A model generated the notes under the pieces. It saw only the letters and a program-made list of their open reading frames with translations, was not told the DNA's origin and did no database searches. The position numbers and the translations under genes are program-made. Positions 20,078-29,516 of a stretch of 64,000 nt of DNA are shown piece by piece (the stretch's first letter is position 1; each line of letters begins with the position of its first letter). Source of the stretch: a bacterium (GTDB lineage: Bacteria > Patescibacteriota > Microgenomatia > JAMCZE01); contig JAKBJL010000003.1 of NCBI GenBank assembly GCA_021836035.1, positions 68,135-132,134 on the forward strand. The letters are read 5' to 3'.

Positions 20078-21256
20078 ATGTTTATGTCGGTTTTGACTAT
20101 TATTGTTTTTCTGCTAGTTTTATCCGTCTTGGTTTTAGTTCATGAATTCGGGCATTTTATCGTCGGGAGACTGGAAGGCATCGGCGTAGAGGAGTTTGCT
20201 TTGGGTCTTCCTTTTACCAAGTCTCTAATTTCCCGGAAGCTAAAAGGCGGAATGAAGCTTTCTTTGTACCCGGTTTTGTTCGGCGGTTTTGTAAAATTGC
20301 TCGGCGAAGAAGGGGAGGAGGAGAATAAAAACAATAAAATCAATAAAACGATAAAGGGGATAGCGTTTTATGAAGCGGGAGTTTGGCAGAGAATCGCTGT
20401 AGTAGTTGCGGGGGTGTTAATGAATTTGGTTTTAGCGGTAGTGGTCTTTTATATTTTTCTTCTGGCTTCTGGTTTTAAGGTCCTGATTCCTAAACTGGCT
20501 GATTATCAATTTATTAGCCCGCACCAGACAAAAGTGATAATTGCCAGCGTACAAAAAGGTTCTCCGGCGGAAACGGCGGGGATAAAACCCGGTGATGTGG
20601 CAATCACTGCCGATAATCAGCAAATTACAGGCTTAAAACAATTTCAGACCTTTACCCGGGAAAATGTCGGGAAGCAAATCGATTTGGTTCTAGCTGATAC
20701 TTCTTTAACTAACTACCGGACGGTAGCAGTAACTCCCCGGGCTAATCCGCCTAAGGGAGAGGGACCGCTGGGCATCAGCATCGGAGAGGCGGAAGCGCTT
20801 TCTTACCCGACGACGGGCGAAAAATTGCTATCTGGGGTTTCCTATACGGCGGATATGTTTATATATAACTTCCGGATATTGGGAAAATTTATTTCGGACG
20901 CGATTAAAACCGGCAATACCGAGCCTCTTTCCGAAAGCGTTTCCGGTCCGGTGGGGATTGCTTCGGCGGTCGGAACTATTTTAGATTTAGGAGGCAGCAG
21001 GGCGGTTATCCAACTCGTCAATTTATTAGGTTTATTATCCCTATCATTAGCTTTTATGAACGTTTTGCCCTTCCCGGCCCTGGACGGAGGAAGGCTGGCT
21101 TTTCTTTTAGTGGAAGCTTTTGCCGGCAAAAAATTGGCGGCCAAACATGAAAATTTAATTAACCAAATCGGCATGGCGGTTCTTTTAGCTTTTATTCTCC
21201 TGGTTTCCTTTAATGATGTGGTTAAGATTATTTCTCCTTTGTTCCCCGGTAGATAA
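20078..21256 (+). CDS. rseP: RIP metalloprotease RseP (site-2 protease)
   Basis: HEFGHF zinc motif in TM1, a PDZ domain and the LDGG motif (NVLPFPALDGGRLAFL). Start placed at internal Met 20078. An NKNNKINK low-complexity insert is present. Confidence 0.8.
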   Translation: MFMSVLTIIVFLLVLSVLVLVHEFGHFIVGRLEGIGVEEFALGLPFTKSLISRKLKGGMKLSLYPVLFGGFVKLLGEEGEEENKNNKINKTIKGIAFYEAGVWQRIAVVVAGVLMNLVLAVVVFYIFLLASGFKVLIPKLADYQFISPHQTKVIIASVQKGSPAETAGIKPGDVAITADNQQITGLKQFQTFTRENVGKQIDLVLADTSLTNYRTVAVTPRANPPKGEGPLGISIGEAEALSYPTTGEKLLSGVSYTADMFIYNFRILGKFISDAIKTGNTEPLSESVSGPVGIASAVGTILDLGGSRAVIQLVNLLGLLSLSLAFMNVLPFPALDGGRLAFLLVEAFAGKKLAAKHENLINQIGMAVLLAFILLVSFNDVVKIISPLFPGR

Positions 21257-21671
21257 TTGCTTCGGGCATTATCGTGCTATAATTAAATTACTGCCCCGAA
21301 GGTTATGATGAAATGGTCAGGTCCGGAGCGGATTATCAGAAAAACTACCCCGGAAGAAACGGATTCTTTACTGGGGTCGTTAATGGTACCCAAATACCAT
21401 CGCTTCCTCATCGGGGGGAATCCCGATCCGGATTATTTTCCCGGGACTTTTCCCGAAGATTTTGTTCATCTTACCCGCGGGATAGTCGATTCTTTAAAGT
21501 CCCTCTTCCGACATAAGCGCACAAACGTCACTTCCTAAAATTAATTTTCATCTCCGCTACCTTACCATCAAACGAGACTTTTAGTTTATGCGTGAATCAC
21601 TCTTTGCAAGGGGAGGCCCTGGAGTGGGCGCGGAGATTGTCTAAATCACTAATGTCGGATATAATCTTAAT

Positions 21672-21995
21672 ATGACGGAACAAATTTATCTTACAACGCC
21701 GAAATGGGAAGAATGGAAGCAGTGCCTGGAAGCACTTCCGAGAATATGCAGTCAGATAGCAGATTTGCAGAGTAAAGATCTATCAATCAAATCAGGTAAT
21801 TTCCATTGGCGGTGTGATCTTGATCAGACGAGGCAGGATATTGACTTTGTCGCGGGAAAATGCCATGCCTTTGAGGTTTTACACAGTCGTAATCTGGGAG
21901 ATAAAAGAAGATATACTGAGCTTCCGTGTAATAATTTGCGCAGATTAATTATTACCAAAAGACTTAGCGGAAAATGGAAAGAACCTCAAATATAG
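21672..21995 (+). CDS. Hypothetical 107-aa protein in an AT-rich spacer
   Basis: Open frame preceded by a TATAAT box at 21659. No recognisable domain and lower GC than its neighbours. Confidence 0.3.
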   Translation: MTEQIYLTTPKWEEWKQCLEALPRICSQIADLQSKDLSIKSGNFHWRCDLDQTRQDIDFVAGKCHAFEVLHSRNLGDKRRYTELPCNNLRRLIITKRLSGKWKEPQI

Positions 21996-22033
21996 ATTGA
22001 ATCGAATTCTCGCTCCTGATAAACTATATATAA

Positions 22034-23236
22034 ATGCGACAAAGTCAGCTTTTCCCAAAAACCAGTAGGCAGGCGCCGGCCGGGGCGATAGCAGAAAACC
22101 ATAAGTTACTCGTCCGGGCAGGTTTTATCGACCAATTAATGGCCGGTTCCTGGACTTTATTGCCGCTCGGATGGCGCGTAATTTTTAAGATTAACCAGGT
22201 TATTCGCGAAGAGCTGAATAAGACGGGAGCCCAGGAGATTCTGATGCCTCTTATGCATCCTAAAGAAATTTGGAATGAAACGGGCAGGTGGGAAAAAGCC
22301 TCCGGGGTAATGTACAAATTAAAAGACACGCGGGAGAAGGAATTTGCCCTTTCCTTTACCCATGAAGAAATTATTTTAGACTTGGTAAGGAAACACCTGC
22401 AATCGGTTGCCGATCTGCCGATTAAACTTTATCATTTTTCGACCAAGTTTCGAAATGAACCGCGGGCTACCGGAGGCATTTTGCGCGGCCGGGAGTTTTT
22501 AATGAAGGATCTTTATAGTTTGCACGCGACGGAGGAAGACTTTTGGAACTATTATGAGGAGGTAACCCGCGCGTATCTTACGATATTTGCGCGCTTAGGT
22601 CTGAAAGCAATTATTACGGAAGCAGCCGGTGGCGTTTTTACCGAGAATCGTACCCGCGAATTTCAGATTCTGGCTGCCGTGGGCGAAGATATTATCTATT
22701 ACGATCCTAAAACTAAAAAAGGAGTTAATAAAGAAGTTTTTGATGAGAATAAGAAAAATTTTGTAGAAGCCCACGCGATTGAAGCTGGGAATATTTTTCC
22801 TTTCGGAACCTACTATAGCGATAAAATGGGAGTTTACTATACGGATAAAGATGGTAAAAAGAAACCGGTTTGGTTCGGCAGTTACGGTATCGGAACAACC
22901 CGGCTTTTGGGAGTTTTGGCAGAAGTCTTTCATGATGACCGCGGTTTAATCTGGCCGGAGATAGTAGCTCCGTTTAAGTACCATCTTATTGCAGCTAGCG
23001 GCCAGCAGCTAGCGGCCAGTAAAGCAGAAGAAATATATAAGAAACTGAGTAAATCCGGTGCAGAAGTGTTATATGATGATAGAGACACTTCCATGGGGCA
23101 AAAGTTCGCGGATGCAGATCTGATCGGGATTCCCCACCGGCTGGTAGTTTCGGATAAGACCGGGGATAAGGTGGAAATCAAACAGCGCAGTGGCAATAAG
23201 ACCGAATTAATTTCTCCGGAAGAACTTCTGGACTGA
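22034..23236 (+). CDS. proS: Prolyl-tRNA synthetase, compact form without the INS editing domain
   Basis: Class II aaRS motifs: N-terminus MRQSQLFPKTSRQAPAGAIAENHKLL, motif 2 FRNEPRATGGILRGREFLMKD, motif 3 SYGIGTTR, and a C-terminal anticodon-binding domain. At 400 aa it is too short to contain INS. Confidence 0.8.
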   Translation: MRQSQLFPKTSRQAPAGAIAENHKLLVRAGFIDQLMAGSWTLLPLGWRVIFKINQVIREELNKTGAQEILMPLMHPKEIWNETGRWEKASGVMYKLKDTREKEFALSFTHEEIILDLVRKHLQSVADLPIKLYHFSTKFRNEPRATGGILRGREFLMKDLYSLHATEEDFWNYYEEVTRAYLTIFARLGLKAIITEAAGGVFTENRTREFQILAAVGEDIIYYDPKTKKGVNKEVFDENKKNFVEAHAIEAGNIFPFGTYYSDKMGVYYTDKDGKKKPVWFGSYGIGTTRLLGVLAEVFHDDRGLIWPEIVAPFKYHLIAASGQQLAASKAEEIYKKLSKSGAEVLYDDRDTSMGQKFADADLIGIPHRLVVSDKTGDKVEIKQRSGNKTELISPEELLD

Positions 23237-23300
23237 CCCTTTTTATTCTATTTTGTATCGGTTGACTTCGGGTTTTCTTCGGTTTATTCTGGGTAGAAAC

Positions 23301-23561
23301 ATGATTCAAAAAATTAACATACCGGTTTCCGTAGTTTCTTCTTTTAACCATAAAGAGCGGACATTCATTCCCCGGAAAGTACTCTTTGAGGGCCGGGAGC
23401 ATAAAATTACCCGGCTAGGTTACCACCATACTTATCGCCAGGGCCGGACTCTTTACCATGTTTTTTCGGTTACCTCGGAAACGATGTTTTTTCGGCTGGT
23501 TTTTAATACCGAAACTCTGGCGTGGAACTTGGAAGAAGTGGCAGACGGGGAAAGCAACTAA
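23301..23561 (+). CDS. Hypothetical small protein immediately upstream of dinB; possibly a YolD-like accessory protein
   Basis: About 86 aa taken from the internal Met (MIQKINIPVSVV...). Position directly 5' of a Y-family polymerase gene resembles the YolD/UmuD-like arrangement. No sequence motif confirmed. Confidence 0.3.
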   Translation: MIQKINIPVSVVSSFNHKERTFIPRKVLFEGREHKITRLGYHHTYRQGRTLYHVFSVTSETMFFRLVFNTETLAWNLEEVADGESN

Positions 23562-23572
23562 AATTGTAAATT

Positions 23573-24817
23573 ATGTTTCTGTTTAATCCCAAGCCATCAA
23601 CGATTATGCATCTGGATTTAAATTCTTGCTTTGCCAGCATTGAGCAGCAGGCTGACCCTTTCCTGCGGGCCAAACCCGTGGCCGTCGCTGCTTACGACAG
23701 TCCCGGCGGCTGTATTATTGCTCCGTCAGTCGAGGCTAAGAGGATGGGAATCAAAGTGGGAATGCGGGTAAAAGACGGAAGGCTTATCTGTCCGCAATTG
23801 ATTATTAAAAAGCCGGATCCGGGCAAATATCGGGATGTGCACCTTAAGCTGCGAAAATTGCTGAACGATTACACTGATGGGGTAGTGCCGAAGTCGATCG
23901 ATGAGTTTGTTTTGGACCTGGAGGGCGCACCGGCGATGCGAAGCAGGGGGATCCATGATATCGCGCGGGAGATAAAAGCGCGGATTAAGAGCGAAATCGG
24001 GGATTGGCTCCGGGTTTCCGTGGGCCTGGGGCCCAACCGGTTCCTGGCTAAAACCGCGGCGGGGCTGCATAAGCCGGATGGCCTGGATGAAATCAACATC
24101 CATAACTATCGGGTGATTTATGCGCAGCTACAGCTTATGGATCTTTGCGGTATTAAAAAAAATAATACCATCCGGCTTAATAATACGGGTATTTTTACCG
24201 TGACTGATTTTTTTAATGCTTCTGTGGAGAAATTGCGGCGGGCTTTTGAGTCTATTAACGGCTGGTACTGGTATTTGCGGATTCATGGCTTTGAGGCGGA
24301 CGATGTGGTCTTTGGCCGCAGAAGCTACGGCAACAGTTTTGCTTTGCCTAAGCCGTTCTCCACGCCGCAGGAACTGGCTCCGATACTGGCTAAACTGACC
24401 GAAAAGACGGGTTTTCGCATGCGCCGGGCCGGTTATTTTGCCCGGGGCGTGCATCTGGCTTTGCTTTACCGGGACTGGAGTTACTGGCACCACGGCCAGA
24501 CCCGGCCGGAGCCGGTTTTTGACAGCCGGGATATTTATAAAATTGCCTTTGGCATTTTATTACATTCTCCTTACCGCAAGCCCGTCCGTACCCTTGCGGT
24601 CTCCTGTTTTAATCTGGAAAAGAAAGCTGTTCGCCAGTTGACTTTACTCGCCGACGCGGAAAAGAAAGAAAAATTAGTGGAGGCTATGGACAAAATTACC
24701 GAACGCTGGGGGCAATTTGTGATTACACCAGCTTTAATGCTGGGAACACACGATTTGGTTCCTGACCGGATCGCTTTCGGGGGAGCCAAAGAGTTAGAGG
24801 AGATAATTACCGATTAA
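23573..24817 (+). CDS. dinB: DNA polymerase IV (Y-family)
   Basis: MHLDLNSCFASIEQ N-terminal catalytic motif, palm/finger conservation and little-finger domain. The true start is probably Met 23606. Confidence 0.85.
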   Translation: MFLFNPKPSTIMHLDLNSCFASIEQQADPFLRAKPVAVAAYDSPGGCIIAPSVEAKRMGIKVGMRVKDGRLICPQLIIKKPDPGKYRDVHLKLRKLLNDYTDGVVPKSIDEFVLDLEGAPAMRSRGIHDIAREIKARIKSEIGDWLRVSVGLGPNRFLAKTAAGLHKPDGLDEINIHNYRVIYAQLQLMDLCGIKKNNTIRLNNTGIFTVTDFFNASVEKLRRAFESINGWYWYLRIHGFEADDVVFGRRSYGNSFALPKPFSTPQELAPILAKLTEKTGFRMRRAGYFARGVHLALLYRDWSYWHHGQTRPEPVFDSRDIYKIAFGILLHSPYRKPVRTLAVSCFNLEKKAVRQLTLLADAEKKEKLVEAMDKITERWGQFVITPALMLGTHDLVPDRIAFGGAKELEEIITD

Positions 24818-24831
24818 GGTAAAATAAGCTT

Positions 24832-25506
24832 ATGTGTGGCAGGTATGGTTTCATCCCGACTAAAGATTTTGCCAACCGTTTCCAATTAGAAAAAACGGAT
24901 TTTAACCTGCGCGCTTCCTATAACGTTTCTCCGGGAATGCTCCAGCCGGTAATTATTGTAGATAGCGGCGGGCATAAAGCGGAACTGATGAAGTGGGGCC
25001 TGATTCCTTTCTGGGCAAAAGACCCTAAAATTGCTTATCGGACTATCAATGCCCGGGCAGAAGAAGTTGCTGCCAAGCCCGCTTTCCGCGAGCCGTTCCG
25101 CAAAAAGCGTTGTTTGGTTCCGGCTAACGGTTTTTACGAATGGGAAGTTATTGCCCCCCGAGAGCGGGAGCCTTACTGGTTCCAGCTGAAAAGTGGGGCA
25201 ATTTTTGCTTTTGCCGGGCTTTACGATATCTGGAAAGATGTGGAGGGGAAAGAACATAAGTCATACACTATTATTACCACCCGGGCGAATACTTTGGTGA
25301 ATAAGGTTCACCCCCGTATGCCGGTGATTGTGAAACACAAACTGGAGGCAGCATGGGCGGATAATGCCCGTTTCGATCCGGCAGTCATGCAAAACATTAT
25401 GCAGCCCTACCCGCCGGAGGAAATGGAAGCTTGGCACGTAGGGAGGAAAGTGGGCAACCCCGCAACCGACGGACCGGATCTTATTAGACCGGTAGCAAAT
25501 CTATAA
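24832..25506 (+). CDS. SOS-response-associated peptidase (SRAP/YedK/HMCES family)
   Basis: Invariant N-terminal MCGRY with Cys2 nucleophile; conserved ...PRMPVIV... and FYEW motifs. Confidence 0.75.
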   Translation: MCGRYGFIPTKDFANRFQLEKTDFNLRASYNVSPGMLQPVIIVDSGGHKAELMKWGLIPFWAKDPKIAYRTINARAEEVAAKPAFREPFRKKRCLVPANGFYEWEVIAPREREPYWFQLKSGAIFAFAGLYDIWKDVEGKEHKSYTIITTRANTLVNKVHPRMPVIVKHKLEAAWADNARFDPAVMQNIMQPYPPEEMEAWHVGRKVGNPATDGPDLIRPVANL

Positions 25507-25787
25507 CTTCTAGGAGAAATACACAGGACTTTTAAACTCAGGAAAACTTTTCTTTTGTTGTGGTGATGTAGTGTCTTAACTCTGATTGCCAAACATCATG
25601 CGCGTGCGGGATTATTTTCAATAATTTGAGCGCAGTCAACCTAGGAGATCCCAATGATAAGGGACTTTGATAATAGGGGGTCTCGATGAGAGGATCTATT
25701 TCCCATCTCCCGATATAGATGGAGGCCACGCAAAGGCTATTGATATGCTCCGGCGCTGAAGTCTTTAATTGGTAGTGGTAAATCGGC

Positions 25788-25862
25788 GGCAGGTTTAGGG
25801 AAAAACCTGCCCGAACCCGTGTCGGGTTATATAAATCCCCGGAAAAATAGATTACGGGATTT
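25788..25862 (+). promoter_or_regulatory. Three consecutive stem-loops in the 5' leader of the P-type ATPase gene
   Basis: Hairpin 1: ggcaggttt-agggaa-aaacctgcc (25788..25811). Hairpin 2: aacccg-tgt-cgggtt (25814..25828). Hairpin 3: aaatccc...cgggattt (25833..25862). SD ggag at 25871 and ATG at 25878. Confidence 0.3.
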
Positions 25863-25877
25863 TGCTAAGATGGAGAT

Positions 25878-28358
25878 ATGGAGAAAGAGAACCCCGGGGG
25901 TTTAACCGTTGATGAAGCCCGAAAAAGATTAAAGCAGAACGGTTTTAATGAATTAGAAAAACATGAGGGAAAAAATGCCCCACACATTATCCTCGATTTA
26001 TTTAAGGAACCGATGCTTCTTTTGCTTCTGGCAGCTGGGGTAACTTATTTATTTCTGGGCAATCTGAATGATGCGCTGATGCTCCTGACTTTTATCTTTG
26101 TTATCGCCGGCATTATTTTTTATCAGGAGAGGAAAACTAAAAAAACCCTTGAGGCCCTGAAAAGCCTGGCTGCCCCGAAAGCCTTAGTAGTCCGGGACGG
26201 GCAGCAGCAAAAAGTTCCCGCCCGGGAAGTAGTTACCGGTGATCTTTTAATTTTGCGGGAGGGGGATCGGGTTCCGGCCGATGCTCTGGTCCGCGAGTCA
26301 TTTAACCTGTACCTCGATGAATCGTTCCTGACCGGGGAATCGGTTCCGGTAGAAAAAATCCCAAGCATAACGGCAGCCAATCATCGGGGCAACATCAGCC
26401 GGGTTTTTGCCGGAACTTTAATTACTTCCGGAAGGGGGCTGGCGGAAGTAACGGCAACGGGGAGGGACACGGAGATGGGCAAAATCGGTAAAAGCCTGGC
26501 TACTATCGCCGACGAGGAAACGCCGCTGCAAAAGCAGACTCGGAAACTGGCTTATCGTTTGGCATTTTATGGCGGGGGCCTTTGCCTTACCGTGGTTATT
26601 CTGTATGGTTTTTGGCGGGGCGAATGGCTAAACGGTGTGCTCGCAGGCTTGTCTTTGAGTATGTCACTTTTACCCGAGGAATTTCCGGTAGCGCTCTTCA
26701 TTTTTCTCACTCTGGGAGCCTGGCGGATTTCCAAGTCGCAGGTTTTAACCCGCCGCGGGGAAGCGATTGAAACGCTAGGGGCGGCCACAGTTCTTTGCGT
26801 GGACAAGACCGGTACCTTGACGGCAAATAAAATGGAACTCGTGGAAATAAATCCTTATCCGGAGGCAAATAATACTCAACGGGAGATTTTAGAGTTAGGT
26901 TATCTGGCCGGCGAAAAGGGCGGGTTTGATCCTATGGAAAAAGCCATTGGAGGAGTGTTAGAGAAAAGATACGGCGACGGCAAAATCCTACTGGAAAGTT
27001 GCTATCTGGTCAAAGAATTCCCGCTCTCACGGAAAATTCTGGCGTCAACGAGAATTTACCGGACAGCGGATAACACTTTTAAAGGAGCAGCCAAAGGGGC
27101 GCCGGAAGCGATTGCTGATTTATGCCATTTGGATCCGGCGGCTAGGCAGAAATTGAACCAAGCAGTTTTAATGATGGCCGAGAACGGCATGAGAGTCCTG
27201 GCGGTAGCTAAAGCGCAATTATCCGGTTCCCTTCCGGAGAACCAACACGATTTTACCTGGGAATTAAGCGGGTTGTTGGGTTTTAGCAATCCCTTAAGGG
27301 CGCATGTCCCGGAGGCAGTCAAGGAGACTTATTCCGCCGGTATGCGCATTATTATGATTACCGGCGATTATCCCGGTACCGCAAAAAATATCGCCGTCCA
27401 GATGGGACTTGACGCGCCCGACAGTGTTATTACCGGTGAGCAATTAGCAGAAATGCCGCAATCCGAGCTGCGGGAGAAGATTAAAAGACTAAACATTTTT
27501 GCCCGGGTAACCCCCGAACAAAAATTGGATATCATCAGGGCTCTGAAGGCTAACGGGGAAGTGGTTGCGATGACCGGGGACGGGGTCAACGACGCCCCGG
27601 CCCTGAAGATGGCGGATATCGGTATTGCTATGGGAGAACAGGGAACAGACGTTGCCCGGGAGGCGGCAGATTTAGTGCTTATGGATGACGACTTTTCTTC
27701 GCTGGTAGCTGCAATCAGGATCGGTCGCCGGATTTATGATAATTTACAAAAAGTTTTTTCTTATATATTTTCCGTTCATGTTCCCATTGCCGGTTTGGTT
27801 TTTATTCCTATTCTGTTTAATCTGCCGACAATGCTCTTGCCGGCGCATATTGCTTTTTTGGAAATGATTATTGATCCGGTCTGCGCGATCGTCTTTGAGT
27901 CGGAACCGGAAAGACGGGATATCATGCAAAGGCCGCCCCGCAGCAGCAAGGAGTCACTTTACAGCCGGAGAAGTTTGTTTGGCAGTCTGGTTTTAGGTAG
28001 TTTTATTTTAGCCGGAGTGATCCTGGTTATGGGTATTTGTTTAGCGCTGGGTTATAGCGAGATTGAGGCGAGGACAATGGCTTTTGTGGTTCTGACCGTC
28101 GCTAATTTAACCCTGGTGATTATAAGCTTGTCTCATTCCGGAAGCTGGAGAAATTTAGTTGTTTTCCAAAACCGGGCGCTGCTGATCATTATCGTTCTGG
28201 TAGCGCTCGGTTTGGCGGCGATGCTCTATATTCCGTTTTTAGCCGGGGTTTTTCATTTTTTTCCACTACTGCCGGCGGAGCTGGCAATCGCGGCGCTTGG
28301 CGGTTTACTTTCTATAGGTTGGTTTCCTATCCTTGCCCCGCTGCGGGAAAAAGACTAA
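25878..28358 (+). CDS. Cation-transporting P-type ATPase (type II/III, Ca2+/Mg2+-like)
   Basis: DKTGTLT phosphorylation site, TGDGVNDAPAL hinge, the TM4 motif LPEEFPVAL and ten predicted TM segments. Confidence 0.85.
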   Translation: MEKENPGGLTVDEARKRLKQNGFNELEKHEGKNAPHIILDLFKEPMLLLLLAAGVTYLFLGNLNDALMLLTFIFVIAGIIFYQERKTKKTLEALKSLAAPKALVVRDGQQQKVPAREVVTGDLLILREGDRVPADALVRESFNLYLDESFLTGESVPVEKIPSITAANHRGNISRVFAGTLITSGRGLAEVTATGRDTEMGKIGKSLATIADEETPLQKQTRKLAYRLAFYGGGLCLTVVILYGFWRGEWLNGVLAGLSLSMSLLPEEFPVALFIFLTLGAWRISKSQVLTRRGEAIETLGAATVLCVDKTGTLTANKMELVEINPYPEANNTQREILELGYLAGEKGGFDPMEKAIGGVLEKRYGDGKILLESCYLVKEFPLSRKILASTRIYRTADNTFKGAAKGAPEAIADLCHLDPAARQKLNQAVLMMAENGMRVLAVAKAQLSGSLPENQHDFTWELSGLLGFSNPLRAHVPEAVKETYSAGMRIIMITGDYPGTAKNIAVQMGLDAPDSVITGEQLAEMPQSELREKIKRLNIFARVTPEQKLDIIRALKANGEVVAMTGDGVNDAPALKMADIGIAMGEQGTDVAREAADLVLMDDDFSSLVAAIRIGRRIYDNLQKVFSYIFSVHVPIAGLVFIPILFNLPTMLLPAHIAFLEMIIDPVCAIVFESEPERRDIMQRPPRSSKESLYSRRSLFGSLVLGSFILAGVILVMGICLALGYSEIEARTMAFVVLTVANLTLVIISLSHSGSWRNLVVFQNRALLIIIVLVALGLAAMLYIPFLAGVFHFFPLLPAELAIAALGGLLSIGWFPILAPLREKD

Positions 28359-28390
28359 AATAGCGGTGTTAAAAGGAGAAAGAAAAAGGC

Positions 28391-28717
28391 GTGGAAGATT
28401 GCGTTTTTTGTAAAATTGTTAAAGGGGAAATTCCGTCAAAATTTCTTTATCAGGATGATAAAATTGCGGTTTTCCCGGATAAAAATCCCGGAGCTCCGAT
28501 ACATATTCTGCTGGTTCCCAAAGAGCATATAGCGGATTTAACGGACGCCCCCGAGGAAATTATTTCGGCTATTAATCAGAAAATCAAAGATTTTGTCAAA
28601 GAAGGTAATTTTATGGAAAAAGGCTACCGGATTGTTATTAACGGGGGAACGGCAAAAGCCGTGCCCCATTTACACTTTCATCTGTTAGGGGAGATAAGTA
28701 AGGAAAGGACGGTGTAA
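28391..28717 (+). CDS. HIT-family nucleotide hydrolase
   Basis: Histidine-triad motif HLHFHLLG at the C-terminus, and the N-terminal CVFCKI motif. Confidence 0.7.
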   Translation: MEDCVFCKIVKGEIPSKFLYQDDKIAVFPDKNPGAPIHILLVPKEHIADLTDAPEEIISAINQKIKDFVKEGNFMEKGYRIVINGGTAKAVPHLHFHLLGEISKERTV

Positions 28718-28726
28718 TTTACTTTT

Positions 28727-28909
28727 ATGGCCATTGTCAAAGCACAACCGGGACAATCTTCGGACCAGGTAATCAGGGCTTTCCAAAAGAAAGTTCTTGC
28801 AGAGGATATTTTAGGGGAACTGAAAAAACGGGAGTTTTATCAAAAACCGGCCTTAGTCCGCAAGGCCCGCGCCTTGGCGCGGAAACACCCGGGCAGAAGA
28901 ACATATTAA
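28727..28909 (+). CDS. rpsU: 30S ribosomal protein S21
   Basis: S21 family similarity: MAIVKAQPGQSSDQVIRAFQKKV...REFYQKPALVRKARALARKH. Confidence 0.8.
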   Translation: MAIVKAQPGQSSDQVIRAFQKKVLAEDILGELKKREFYQKPALVRKARALARKHPGRRTY

Positions 28910-28950
28910 TAAAATTAATAAAGTCAATAAGAATAATAAAGATGGCAACG
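28905..28950. repeat. AT-rich element TAATAAAGTYAATRARAATAATAARG, copy 1, upstream of yqeY
   Basis: aattaataaagtcaataagaataataaagatgg is near-identical to the block upstream of dnaX at 29923..29960. Confidence 0.55.
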
Positions 28951-28996
28951 GAAAATATTAGATTTTATTGCTTTTACGCTATATTATTGCCGAAGT

Positions 28997-29440
28997 ATGT
29001 TACTTGATCAAATACAATCCGATTTAGCAGCAGCGCAGAAAGCGAGGGAGCAATTAAAAGTGGATACTCTGCGTTTTTTACTGGGGGCAGTGTTTAACCT
29101 GCAGATTGAGAAGTGTCCTCCAGGAAGCGGTAAAACTTTAGAAGACGCGGATGTTCTGTCCGTTATTGCTAAACAGGTAAAAACCCATCAGGAATCAATC
29201 GAAATGTTCGGCCGCGGCGGGCGGGAAGATCTGGTTAGCAGAGAAAAGGCAGAGTTAGCAATATTAAAGTTATATTTGCCGGCACAAATGGATGAAGAGT
29301 AAATAAGAAATAAAATAGAAGAAATAAAAAAGCAGAACGAAGGAGCGGATTTCGGCACGCTGATGAAATTGGCAATGGGCGAGTTGCGGGGGAAAGCCGA
29401 TGGGGCAATTGTTTCACGGATAGTAAGAGAATTAATAACC
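28997..29440 (+). pseudogene. yqeY: GatB/YqeY-domain protein interrupted by an in-frame TAA at 29300..29302
   Basis: 28997..29299 encodes the YqeY N-terminus up to ...YLPAQMDEE. After TAA the same frame continues IRNKIEEIKKQNEGADFGTLMKLAMGELRGKADGAIVSRIVRELIT, which is the YqeY C-terminus. The stop sits where homologues have Leu, so a single TTA->TAA change is implied. Confidence 0.6.
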
Positions 29441-29446
29441 TAGCGT

Positions 29447-29484
29447 AAAGGGCATAGCGTAAAGAAAAAAAGCCCCCTTTTTAT
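29447..29484 (+). terminator. Possible intrinsic terminator after yqeY
   Basis: A GGGC...GCCCCC stem followed by TTTTT (aaagggcatagcgtaaagaaaaaaagcccccttttt). The stem is weak and the loop long. Confidence 0.25.
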
Positions 29485-29516
29485 ATTCTGTACACTATCC
29501 ACTAGCCGCTTAATTA

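Noticed and set aside
25660-25700. Hammerhead-ribozyme-like CTCGATGAG motif upstream of the ATPase gene
   Set aside because: The core lacks the conserved CUGAUGA uridine and no GAAA/stem III partner is present.
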